Source: Armatimonadota bacterium (GTDB lineage: Bacteria; Armatimonadota; SYMT01). From it: DNA of 64,000 nt. Shown in pieces: positions 41,197 through 50,114 of the stretch. The stretch lies in the NCBI GenBank assembly GCA_041690135.1, contig JAWLHY010000001.1:1504001-1568000 (forward strand). Direction: 5' to 3'. Position 1 is the first letter of the stretch; each line of letters opens with the position of its first letter. The notes below the pieces were generated by a model. That model saw only the letters and a program-made list of their open reading frames with translations. It did not search any database and had not been told where the DNA came from. The translations under genes were made by a program, and so were the position numbers.

Positions 41197-41542
41197 ATGA
41201 AAACGCCCGGCCCCCGCTCTCCAGATCCGGACTGCCACCCGCAGACCTGTCCGCATTCTCGTCCCAATCCAGGTCTTCACCACCCTCCCGATCGGCGCAG
41301 GCGCGCCTTTACACTCATCGAGCTGCCCGCGCTCGCGAAGCCGCTCGCGCCACGCAGTGCAAGTGCAACCTGAAGCAGAAAGGCGCGTCCGCGGCCACGC
41401 ATTGCCCGCTGCGCCCAAACAAGGCCATAACGTGCTCTACTACGATGGGCACGTTAACTGGCGGAACCCGTCCACGTTCCGGGACAGTGAGTTCCGCATG
41501 CCGGGCTTCCCACCGCCCACCGCCGTCCCACTTCCACCCTAA
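41197..41542 (+). pseudogene. Collapsed remnant of a prepilin-type N-methylation / H-X9-DG protein
   Basis: AFTLIEL-PALA, QCKCNLKQ and GHNVLYYDGHV occur in the expected order but in three different frames. Confidence 0.7.
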
Positions 41543-41567
41543 TGACCTGGTGATGGAGCGGAAGGGA

Positions 41568-41843
41568 TTATTCGGCTTGCGAGTCGAACACCCCGAAGCG
41601 CCGGCAATAGCTTTGAAGCGTATGCGACCACCGATCCGCCAGCGCCGGTCCCCAGGGCTCCCCCTCCTCAGCGGTTCGCAGCGCCCGCTCCAGCCCCGCG
41701 GAAAGACAGTCGTATCCATCCGCGAAACGGCCGGCCTGTGCGAGGCCGACGGCATGGAGCGCCGCCATTACCAGAGCGTTCAACTCAGTATCGGGGAGGA
41801 TGATATCGGGAAGATCGAGCATCGGGTTGTCCTGGATGTCCAC
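41568..41843 (-). CDS. Small hypothetical protein (paralog of 32687-32911)
   Basis: PDTELNA..GYDCLSAGLERA..GEPW; start GTG 41843 or ATG 41822. Confidence 0.75.
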   Translation of the reverse strand: MDIQDNPMLDLPDIILPDTELNALVMAALHAVGLAQAGRFADGYDCLSAGLERALRTAEEGEPWGPALADRWSHTLQSYCRRFGVFDSQAE

Positions 41844-42207
41844 GGGGGTGCGGAAAGATCGAAGCTGCGGTGAATCAGCGTGCAGGAGCGATTCACCGCC
41901 CCTTCCGTATGCCAGCTATCCACATAGACGAGCGCTGGAGCCGCCTGTTATTCCACTTTTTCGGCTTTCCAATCGAATTCCGCTTCCACTTCGAAAAGTC
42001 AGCGCAGGCGGCGGCTCATCTCGCGATAAGGCGTGGGGCCGCCGAGAGTGGGGGTCTCCGGCACCACGTTTGAAGCCGGTCCGGACAGGGTGTAACCGCT
42101 TAGCCGGGCGATCAAGAAAGCCCCTGTCGTAAGTGCCGTTCGCGGTGCGAACGGCCGGCTTCCCGCGAAGGGAGCGCCTCCGCCCGGAGCTTTGTGGAGC
42201 TCTACCG

Positions 42208-43878
42208 ATGCCGAGTCTTCAACCCGTTCGACTCTTGCCGGCTCTCGGGCTGGCCGTGTTTACTGTCCTGACGCTGCTGGCGGATCCCGCGGTCGGCGCC
42301 GTCTCTCGCGTACGGCGGGCTGCCTATGTGCGAGGCGAGGCCCTCGTCTGTTTCCGGCCCGATGTTCCGGAGAAGCAGGCACTGGCGGTCCTGGAGCGCC
42401 AGCGGGCGGTGGTAGTGAAGGCCTTTCCCGACCACCACCTCTACTGCGTGCGTCTCCCGGCTCGCGTCACCACGCCGCTGGGGGTGCGCCGGTTCCTCCG
42501 GGAAAGGGACGTCGCCTTCTGCCACCCGAACTACCTCTACCACGCCGTAGCTTCCCAGCCGGACGATCCGTTCTTCCAGTATCTGTGGGGATTGCAGAAC
42601 ACCGGTCAGGAGGAGGGAACTTCCGACGCGGACATCGACGCCTCGGAAGCCTGGGATCTCACGCAGGGCTCCCGGAACGTCGTCGTCGCGGTGATTGATA
42701 GCGGCGTGGACTATGCCCATCCCGACTTGCAGGCGAACATGTGGACCAACCCGGGCGAGGTCCCCGGCAACCGCATCGATGACGATGGGAACGGCTACGT
42801 GGACGACGTCCACGGTTGGGATGCCCTGGGCAACGACGGAGACCCGCAGGACGACAACGGGCACGGCACCCACGTTGCGGGAACGATCGGTGCAACCGGC
42901 GACAACGGCCTGGGCGTGACGGGCGTCAATTGGAGGGTGAGTATCGTCGCGGCCAAGTTCCTCGATGCGGAAGGTTCCGGCACGACGGTGGACGCCATTG
43001 AGTGCCTGGACTACCTCCACCGGCTGAAGGACCGAGGCGTGGATATCATCGCCACCAACAACAGTTGGGGAGGCGTGCCGGAGTTAGATCGCGCTTTGCG
43101 GGATGCGGTCCAGCGTTCCCAGAACCGGGGCATCTTGTTCGTAGCGGCGGCGGGTAACGAAGGTCGCAACAACGACGTACGGCCGGACTACCCGGCCAAT
43201 ATCGATCTGCCGAACGTGATTTCGGTCGCCGCGACGGACCGGAACGATCGGCTCGCCGATTTCTCGAACATCGGGGCGGCCAATGTGGACCTGGCCGCGC
43301 CCGGTGTCGAGATCTTGAGCACCGTACCGCGCTTTGTGGACCCGGGGCTCCCGTATCGATTCCTCAGCGGCACCTCCATGGCGGCTCCTCACGTCACCGG
43401 CGCCATCGCCCTGCTGCGCGCGCACTCCCCTTCGTTGGGCCACCTGGAGATCAAGGATCGTCTGCTGACCACCGGCGACGCGCTGACGAACCTCCAGGGA
43501 CGCACGGTCACGGGCCGGAGATTGAATGTCTATAACGCGCTCATCGGCACCACGCCCGCGCCGGTGGCGGGGCCGGAGTTGGCGGTGCAGGTCACCGCCG
43601 GTCGCGTCTACCGGCTGGGCCGGGAAGTAGTGGTGCGGGTGCGAGTATCCGACCCGGTGACCGGAATCGGCGTGGGCGGCGCGATGGTGCGCCTGGTGGT
43701 GCAGACCGCTACCGGCGATCTCTACGCACTGGAGAATACGACGGGCGCGAAGGGGTTTACCGCTTTCCGCTTCCGCACGGAACGGCGGGACGGTCGCGGC
43801 GTCTATCTGGCGACCGCTGGGGCAACACAGCCTGGATACCTCCGGGGTTCGGGCTACACGACCTTCCTGGTGCTGTAA
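42208..43878 (+). CDS. Secreted S8 (subtilisin-like) serine protease
   Basis: Signal peptide and prodomain; VIDSG, HGTHVAG, AAAGN, GTSMAAP. Confidence 0.95.
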   Translation: MPSLQPVRLLPALGLAVFTVLTLLADPAVGAVSRVRRAAYVRGEALVCFRPDVPEKQALAVLERQRAVVVKAFPDHHLYCVRLPARVTTPLGVRRFLRERDVAFCHPNYLYHAVASQPDDPFFQYLWGLQNTGQEEGTSDADIDASEAWDLTQGSRNVVVAVIDSGVDYAHPDLQANMWTNPGEVPGNRIDDDGNGYVDDVHGWDALGNDGDPQDDNGHGTHVAGTIGATGDNGLGVTGVNWRVSIVAAKFLDAEGSGTTVDAIECLDYLHRLKDRGVDIIATNNSWGGVPELDRALRDAVQRSQNRGILFVAAAGNEGRNNDVRPDYPANIDLPNVISVAATDRNDRLADFSNIGAANVDLAAPGVEILSTVPRFVDPGLPYRFLSGTSMAAPHVTGAIALLRAHSPSLGHLEIKDRLLTTGDALTNLQGRTVTGRRLNVYNALIGTTPAPVAGPELAVQVTAGRVYRLGREVVVRVRVSDPVTGIGVGGAMVRLVVQTATGDLYALENTTGAKGFTAFRFRTERRDGRGVYLATAGATQPGYLRGSGYTTFLVL

Positions 43879-43932
43879 CGGACCTTACCCCCTCGGAACA
43901 GGCGCCGTTACAACGGGTGAGAGCCGCAGCTC

Positions 43933-44295
43933 TCACCCGTTGTAGTGCGCCAGTGCGCGGTAAGCCTTTCCCTCCTCGTTAAGGAACAACACTTCCACGG
44001 CGAGCTTGTCGAAGACAGAGCGATAGAAGAGCGTGATGCTGCGGACGCCGACGCAGACCTCGATCAGTCCGAATTGCAGGTCGGGAATGCGCTCCAGGGC
44101 CGTGCGCCAGTAGGCCCCCACCTGCTTCTTCCCTTTCAGGGTACCCGAGGGCTCACCTGTGTAGCTCACGATGAACGGACTGCTCATCTCGAAGTCATCC
44201 GTATAGTGGGAGAGGATGCGCTCCAGATCGTGGGAGTTCCAGGCCGCGATCCATTCCTCCGCAAAACGGCGTGCCTCATCCTGGCTCAGCATCAC
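43933..44295 (-). CDS. SnoaL/NTF2-like protein
   Basis: WIAAWNSHDLERILSHY, LKGK..V..YW. Confidence 0.85.
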   Translation of the reverse strand: MMLSQDEARRFAEEWIAAWNSHDLERILSHYTDDFEMSSPFIVSYTGEPSGTLKGKKQVGAYWRTALERIPDLQFGLIEVCVGVRSITLFYRSVFDKLAVEVLFLNEEGKAYRALAHYNG

Positions 44296-44324
44296 TTTCC
44301 TCGCTCCCTCGCTTACTGTCGCTA

Positions 44325-45746
44325 TTACCCGCCCAGCTTGGCCAGCCAGTCCGGAAGTCGCCGGGATACTTCATAGATACCGCCGCCGGTGACCACCAGG
44401 ACCGCCAAACCCATCGCGGCATTCCAGAGCAGGCGGCTCCGCCCTTCGGGTCGGTCTTCCCCCAGATACTCCTTCCGGTTCTGCAGCACCAGAAAACTGA
44501 TGTATGCGACCGGCAGCAGGAAGAACCCAAAGATGGAAGTCGGCACGGCCAGCCAGAACTCCAGCTTCCCCCACAGCACCGGCGCCAGGAAGGCGGGCGC
44601 CGGGAGCAGGGTCGCCAGCCGATAGCCCCAGCCGTTGGGGCTGATCCCCAGCACTTCCACCGCAATGAACCCGCACACCAGCATCAGGAGGGGGATGGTG
44701 CTGAGGGTCATGCCGAGGATGCCCAGGCCGAAGACCCAGTGGCTGAGCACCGGACCGACGACCGGGTCGAGAGCGCGGGCGAGGTCTACCGCACCGGGCG
44801 GCTTGAGCTGCCCGGGCGCCGCGGCGGCATACACCGGGTGCAGAATGTTGGCGGAGGCGATGATGATGAATGACGTCGCCAGCACGTAGGGGATGAACAG
44901 CCCGGTGCTGAGATCGAACTGCGCCAGCGCCCGGTGCTCTTTCCCCCACCCTCTCGCCAGTAAGGTGTAGGGAAGCAGGAACGTCATGTTGATGCCGACG
45001 GCGGTGGCGAAGGCCGAGATCACCACCCCGCGGCCCTGCGTGTCGTCCGGCAGGTAAAAGCCCGTCAGCCCCTGCGCCAGTTCGCCCCAGTTGACGCCGG
45101 TGCGCACCAGGACCAGCGCGAATGAGAGCACAACCAGCCCGACCATGGCCTTGAGCGTGTTCTCGTACAGGCGCATCCCGGCGCTACCCTTGTTGTAGTT
45201 CCAGGTGATGAAGGTGGTGAGTACCAGGATCACAACACCCGTCGCAATCGGCGGGACGGCGATACCTGCCTGCGTACCGATGTTCGCCACCACGCTGGCG
45301 GCCAGGTTGTACTGCGGGAAACACCAGACGATGCTGGCCAGCAGCGAGCAGAGAGCCCACCCCCAGGCAGCGACCGGATGAACATAACGCCTCACCGCGG
45401 CAAAGGGCCGCATGCCGGTGGAGAGGGTCTGGTAGGCCAGCGCGTTAAGCATCAGGATGCCCAGGAGCATGGCCAGCGGTTGGACCCAGAGCAGCTTATA
45501 ACCGAATAGCGATCCGGCCAGCAGGGATGAGGCCGCACTGCCCCCTCCCAAAGTCATCGCGCCCTGGAGCCAGCCGGGGCCGGACAACCCGAGGAATGCC
45601 GCGAACCGTTTACCCGGGCTCTCTTTCGAGAGGGCTACTAGCCGCGCCCGCTCCTTCTCCAGTGCATCGGGGTCCTGCCGGGCCACCATCGGCAGCCCAT
45701 GCTGCTGCGCCTCGTCCCCCGCGCGCGTTTCGTCCGTCGCAATCAT
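44325..45746 (-). CDS. NRAMP-superfamily-like transporter
   Basis: GPGWLQ..TLGGGS, GYKLLWVQ, many TM helices; lacks the canonical MntH DPGN motif. Confidence 0.8.
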   Translation of the reverse strand: MIATDETRAGDEAQQHGLPMVARQDPDALEKERARLVALSKESPGKRFAAFLGLSGPGWLQGAMTLGGGSAASSLLAGSLFGYKLLWVQPLAMLLGILMLNALAYQTLSTGMRPFAAVRRYVHPVAAWGWALCSLLASIVWCFPQYNLAASVVANIGTQAGIAVPPIATGVVILVLTTFITWNYNKGSAGMRLYENTLKAMVGLVVLSFALVLVRTGVNWGELAQGLTGFYLPDDTQGRGVVISAFATAVGINMTFLLPYTLLARGWGKEHRALAQFDLSTGLFIPYVLATSFIIIASANILHPVYAAAAPGQLKPPGAVDLARALDPVVGPVLSHWVFGLGILGMTLSTIPLLMLVCGFIAVEVLGISPNGWGYRLATLLPAPAFLAPVLWGKLEFWLAVPTSIFGFFLLPVAYISFLVLQNRKEYLGEDRPEGRSRLLWNAAMGLAVLVVTGGGIYEVSRRLPDWLAKLGG

Positions 45747-45954
45747 TAAACTTCTCCATGTCGCCGTACTCCCTTACGCAGTTGTTTGTTGTGGTTGTCT
45801 TTAGGGTTGTTGTTCGGGAAACACACCCCCATCCCCTTGAATCGAACCACCGATCCTGCCAGGACAACCCCGCTTTGCCGTAAGGGGCCTCCGCGATGGA
45901 GCACAACATACGGTGTGGTCGTCGCAAACTCCGTGGAGAACGTTGGTTCGGCCA

Positions 45955-47379
45955 CTACGCGAGGATTTTGCGCACCACGTTCCCCGCCACGTCGGTCAGG
46001 CGCTGGTCGAGGCCCTGGTGACGGAAAGTCAGGCGCTTGTGGTCGATGCCGAATAGATGGAGCAGCGTGGCGTGGAAGTCGTGCATGTGAACCGGGTCCT
46101 GGGTCACACGCCAACCTAGCTCGTCGGTCTGGCCCAGGGTGTAGCCGCTCTTGACTCCGGCTCCTGCCAGCAGGAGGGAAAAAGCGTGGGGATGATGGTC
46201 GCGACCGGCTGTGTTGAGGTCCTTCCCCTGGGTGATAGCGGTGCGGCCGAATTCAGTGCCGATGACCACCAGGGTTTCTTCGAGCATACCGCGCTGCTTC
46301 AAGTCCTTCAACAGGGCGGCGATCGGGCGGTCGATCTCCGCGCACGCCTTGGGTAGGCCCGCGTGGATCGCTTCGTGATGGTCCCATTCGTGGTGCGTGA
46401 CCATTACGAAACGCACCCCGCGTTCCACCATGCGGCGCGCCAGCAGGAGGCCCCGGTTGAAGTCCCCTTCCCCGTAGGCTCCCCGCGTGGGCCCCGGTTC
46501 ATCGGAGAGGTCGATCAGCTCGGGGGCCGCCGTTTGCATGCGGAACGCCAGCTCGTACGCGGCGATCTGGGCGTCCAGCTTGGGATCTCCCGTTTCGCCG
46601 CGGCGCAGCTCGTTCAATCGCCGGATGGCGTCCAGTTGCGCCCGGTGGAGTTCCGGAGTGATCTCCTTCGGTCCGTTGAGATTCAGGATCGGCGTGCCCT
46701 GGCTCCGGAACAGGACCCCCTCATACGTGGCGGGCAAAAACCCGCTGCCCCAGAGCAGGCGACGGGACTTCGGCGCGCGCCCGTTGAGCAACACCACGTA
46801 GCCGGGCAGGTTCTGGGTCTCGCTGCCCAGGCCGTAGGCCAGCCACGATCCCAGGCTGGGGCGGCCGGGAATATCCTTGCCCGTTGAAAGGACCAGTTCT
46901 CCCGGGGCATGGTCGAACGCCTCGTGGTGCATGGAGCGGATGAGGCAAAGGTCGTCCGCACAGGCGCCCAGGTTGGGCAGCAACTCCGAAAGCTCCATCC
47001 CGCACCGGCCGTACTTGCGGAAACCGAACGGGTTGCCCATCAGCGGAGCATCGTAGGTCGTCTGGCCCAACCGGACTCCTTCCCGGAACGTGTCAGGGAT
47101 CCTCTGCCCGTGCAACTGGTTGAGGGTGGGCTTGGGATCGAACAGCTCCACCTGGCTCAGACCCCCGATCAGGTAGATGAAGATGCAGTTTTTTGCCCGC
47201 GGCGGGTAGTGCGAGGCGCGAGGACGCAACGGATGGCTGACGGTGTCGGCGGCGAGCAGGCCGTCCTGCTGCAGCATCGAAGCCAGAGCGGTCAGCCCCA
47301 GGCCGCTCATTGTCCCGGTAAGAAACCGCCGGCGACCCGAACGGGGGGCGGTCAACGGTGCGGCTTGAGGTTTTTCCAT
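45955..47379 (-). CDS. Tat-exported DUF1501 protein
   Basis: RRRFL, GGLSQVELFDPKP, RPSLGSW, ARRMVERGVRFV, WDHH, EFGRT, GRDH. Confidence 0.92.
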   Translation of the reverse strand: MEKPQAAPLTAPRSGRRRFLTGTMSGLGLTALASMLQQDGLLAADTVSHPLRPRASHYPPRAKNCIFIYLIGGLSQVELFDPKPTLNQLHGQRIPDTFREGVRLGQTTYDAPLMGNPFGFRKYGRCGMELSELLPNLGACADDLCLIRSMHHEAFDHAPGELVLSTGKDIPGRPSLGSWLAYGLGSETQNLPGYVVLLNGRAPKSRRLLWGSGFLPATYEGVLFRSQGTPILNLNGPKEITPELHRAQLDAIRRLNELRRGETGDPKLDAQIAAYELAFRMQTAAPELIDLSDEPGPTRGAYGEGDFNRGLLLARRMVERGVRFVMVTHHEWDHHEAIHAGLPKACAEIDRPIAALLKDLKQRGMLEETLVVIGTEFGRTAITQGKDLNTAGRDHHPHAFSLLLAGAGVKSGYTLGQTDELGWRVTQDPVHMHDFHATLLHLFGIDHKRLTFRHQGLDQRLTDVAGNVVRKILA

Positions 47380-47420
47380 CCGTCTAATACTCCACGTCTT
47401 CTGCTCGCGTGCGGTGAACC

Positions 47421-47553
47421 TTCAACCCCTGGCCCCCGAGGGGGGCTTCAACCCCTGGCCCCCGAGGGGGGCTTCAACCTTCAACCTTCAACCTTCAACC
47501 TTCAACCTTCAACCTTCAACCCCTGGCCCCCGAGAGGGCTTCAACTTTCAACT
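47421..47553. repeat. Composite array: TTCAACC heptamers with three GC-rich palindromic units
   Basis: 11 heptamers (7 in tandem) and 3 copies of cctggcccccgag(g/a)gggc; related unit at 59221-59250. Confidence 0.92.
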
Positions 47554-47559
47554 CATCTT

Positions 47560-49845
47560 CTATTCCCGTGTGGTGAACTCTTCCAGGTTCAGCAGGGTTC
47601 GCCCCACCCCGGTCCAGATTGCCTCCTCGCTCGCCCCCAGCGCTGCCTGCTTCCGCACCAGGTCGGAAAGCACGGCGAGTTCCTGCGCGCGCGGCTCCCT
47701 CCCCAGGCAGACGCGGAAACCGAAACGAAGCCGTCCTTCGCTTTCCGGGGCCGACTTGCGCAGTCGCTCGCCCAGGGCCCGCGCGCACTCCACGTAGGTG
47801 GGGTCGTTCAGCAGGGTGAAGGCCTGGATTGGCGTGTTGCTCCGGTCCCGGCGAACGCAGGCCTGGTTTCCGTCCGCCCCGTCGAAGGCGGCGAGGACCG
47901 GATGTTGGAGGGTCCGCTGCACGTGGATGTAGACCCCGCGCCGGTGCCGCTCCGGCCCGGGGAGCTTCAGGTCCTCGTTCGTGAACCGTTGTTCGATGAG
48001 GCCCTCCGGGAAGGGCGGCACGATGGACGGACCGCCGACCTTCGGGTCCAGCAGGCCGCTGACGGCGAGGCTGAGATCCCGCACGATCTCCGCTTCCACG
48101 CGGAACCGGTTCTGGCGTCCGAGCAGCGAGTTATCCAGGTCGCTCTTGCGGAGTTCCGGATGGAGGGCCGACGCCTGCCGGTACGTGGATGAAGTGACGA
48201 TCAGCCGGATCAGCGCTTTCCGACTCCAATCCATACCGTACGGGGTATCCCGTGTGGTATTCGCCGAACCCTGTGCGCCGGAAACAACGCGCTCCGGGGC
48301 TGCCGGTTCCCTTGCCCCCTGCCCCCCGCTCACCTGCTTGAAGGGCGCCCCACCCTTCGCCGAAAACACAGAGGCCAGATAATCCAGCAGCTCCCTCTGC
48401 ACCGGAGGGCGGCCGCTGCGCCCGTAGTTATCCGGTGTGGGCACCAACCCCTGCCCGAAGAGGGCCTGCCAGACGTGGTTCACCGCCACGCGTGCCGTAA
48501 GGGGATGGTCCCCGCTCACCAGCCAGCGGGCAAGATCGAGCCGGTCCGCCCGTTCGCCGCGCGGCTTGAGCGGCGGGAGGAATGCCGGTGTCCCCGCCGC
48601 TACGACCTCTCCCTTCTGCAGGAAGTTGCCGCGGAGGTGGATGTAGGTCTCCCGCGCCACCGCTTTCAGGGTCTGGGCCTGTCCTCCGGACACGGAGGTG
48701 TCGTCGTTATCTGTGGCGTTGAAGAAGGCGTAGAACTGGTAGTACTCCCGCTGGGTGATGGGATCGTACTTGTGCGTGTGGCACTTGGCACATCCCGCCG
48801 TGAGCCCCATCCACACCGTCGCGGTGGTGTCCGTTCGGTCTTTCACGGCGTAGGTGCGGAACTCTTCCTTATCCGCAGAAGCCGCCGAGTTCCAGAGGGT
48901 ATTGCGGTGGAAGCCTGCCGCGATCTTCTGCGCCGGCGTCGCGTTGGGGATCAGGTCTCCCGCCAGTTGCTCGACCGTGAACTGGTCGAAGGGCATGTCC
49001 CGGTTGACCGCGTCGATCACCCAATCGCGGAAGCGCCACGCGTGGGGACGGACCCGATCGTTCTCATACCCGTCGCTCTCGGCGAAACGAGCGAGATCCA
49101 GCCAATGCCGCCCCCAGCGCTCCCCAAAATGCGGGCTGGCGAGCAGACGGTCCACCAGGCGCTCGTAAGCATCCGGACGGGTGTCGCCCACGAACGCATC
49201 CACCTCTTCCGGCGTCGGAGGCAGTCCGATCAGGTCGAGATGCAGCCGGCGGATCAGCACGCGTCGCCCGGCGGGCGGTGAGGGCGTAAGCCTTTTCGCC
49301 TCCAACTTCGCAAGGACGAAGGCATCGATCGGGTTGCTCACCCACTCCTTCTGCCGGACTTTCGGGGGCGTGGGCCAGACCACGGGTTTGAACGCCCAGT
49401 GATCGACCGTCTCCCGGCCTCTGGACTCCTGCCCCCGGTCCCCTTCCTCTGGCCAGGGGGCACCTCCATTGATCCACGCCCGGATCCGGGCAATCTCCCC
49501 CGGAGATAGCGGCTTCCCACCCACGGGCATCCGATGCTTCGGGTCGGCGGTCACCAAGCGCCGATACAACTCGCTCTTCGCCGCATCCTTCGCGACGATT
49601 ACCGGGCCGGAGTCCCCGCCCTGCACCGCCCGCCCGCGCAAGTCCAACCGCAGCCCGCCATCTTGCCGGTGGGGACCATGGCAGGAGAAACAACGCGCTG
49701 CAAAGATCGGACGGATCTGCCTGTTGAAGTCCGGTACCGCTTCTTTCACCGCACCCGCGGCCATCAACGGCGAAATCCCCAGGAGAACACCAAGGCACGC
49801 AAGCCCACCCCTAATTCCCATGCGCGTTGGCCTGCATCTGAACAT
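47560..49845 (-). CDS. Planctomycete cytochrome c + DUF1549/DUF1553 (PSD1) protein
   Basis: CFSCH and CAKCH, HWAF, NPIDAF, GERWGRHWLD, TARVAVN; start uncertain. Confidence 0.9.
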   Translation of the reverse strand: MFRCRPTRMGIRGGLACLGVLLGISPLMAAGAVKEAVPDFNRQIRPIFAARCFSCHGPHRQDGGLRLDLRGRAVQGGDSGPVIVAKDAAKSELYRRLVTADPKHRMPVGGKPLSPGEIARIRAWINGGAPWPEEGDRGQESRGRETVDHWAFKPVVWPTPPKVRQKEWVSNPIDAFVLAKLEAKRLTPSPPAGRRVLIRRLHLDLIGLPPTPEEVDAFVGDTRPDAYERLVDRLLASPHFGERWGRHWLDLARFAESDGYENDRVRPHAWRFRDWVIDAVNRDMPFDQFTVEQLAGDLIPNATPAQKIAAGFHRNTLWNSAASADKEEFRTYAVKDRTDTTATVWMGLTAGCAKCHTHKYDPITQREYYQFYAFFNATDNDDTSVSGGQAQTLKAVARETYIHLRGNFLQKGEVVAAGTPAFLPPLKPRGERADRLDLARWLVSGDHPLTARVAVNHVWQALFGQGLVPTPDNYGRSGRPPVQRELLDYLASVFSAKGGAPFKQVSGGQGAREPAAPERVVSGAQGSANTTRDTPYGMDWSRKALIRLIVTSSTYRQASALHPELRKSDLDNSLLGRQNRFRVEAEIVRDLSLAVSGLLDPKVGGPSIVPPFPEGLIEQRFTNEDLKLPGPERHRRGVYIHVQRTLQHPVLAAFDGADGNQACVRRDRSNTPIQAFTLLNDPTYVECARALGERLRKSAPESEGRLRFGFRVCLGREPRAQELAVLSDLVRKQAALGASEEAIWTGVGRTLLNLEEFTTRE

Positions 49846-50114
49846 CCAAGTGCCACGAGCCAAGACGCTCTCCAGCTCTTCGCACTCTCTCCCGTGTCTG
49901 TTGCCTAGCGCTCTCACGCTCCGAACCTCCCTCCGAGCCTATCGCCGCACCGGTTGTGACCAACCACACCCCCCCGGGTTTCGCGAAACCCTGTTGACTC
50001 GGTTGCACTCCCGACGCAGCTTGTCGTGTTTGACGTACGGCCAAACAGGAAAGCACCCATTGAGCATCTGGTCCACACCCGCGATTCGGGAGCCGGTGGG
50101 AGAACGGAGCGTGG

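Noticed and set aside
47414-47553. Possible CRISPR array
   Set aside because: The segments between palindromes are heptamer repeats, not unique spacers, and no cas genes are present.
45955-49845. DUF1501 + PSD1 pair as a novel system
   Set aside because: A well-known, widespread gene pair in Planctomycetota-like bacteria, although its function is unresolved.
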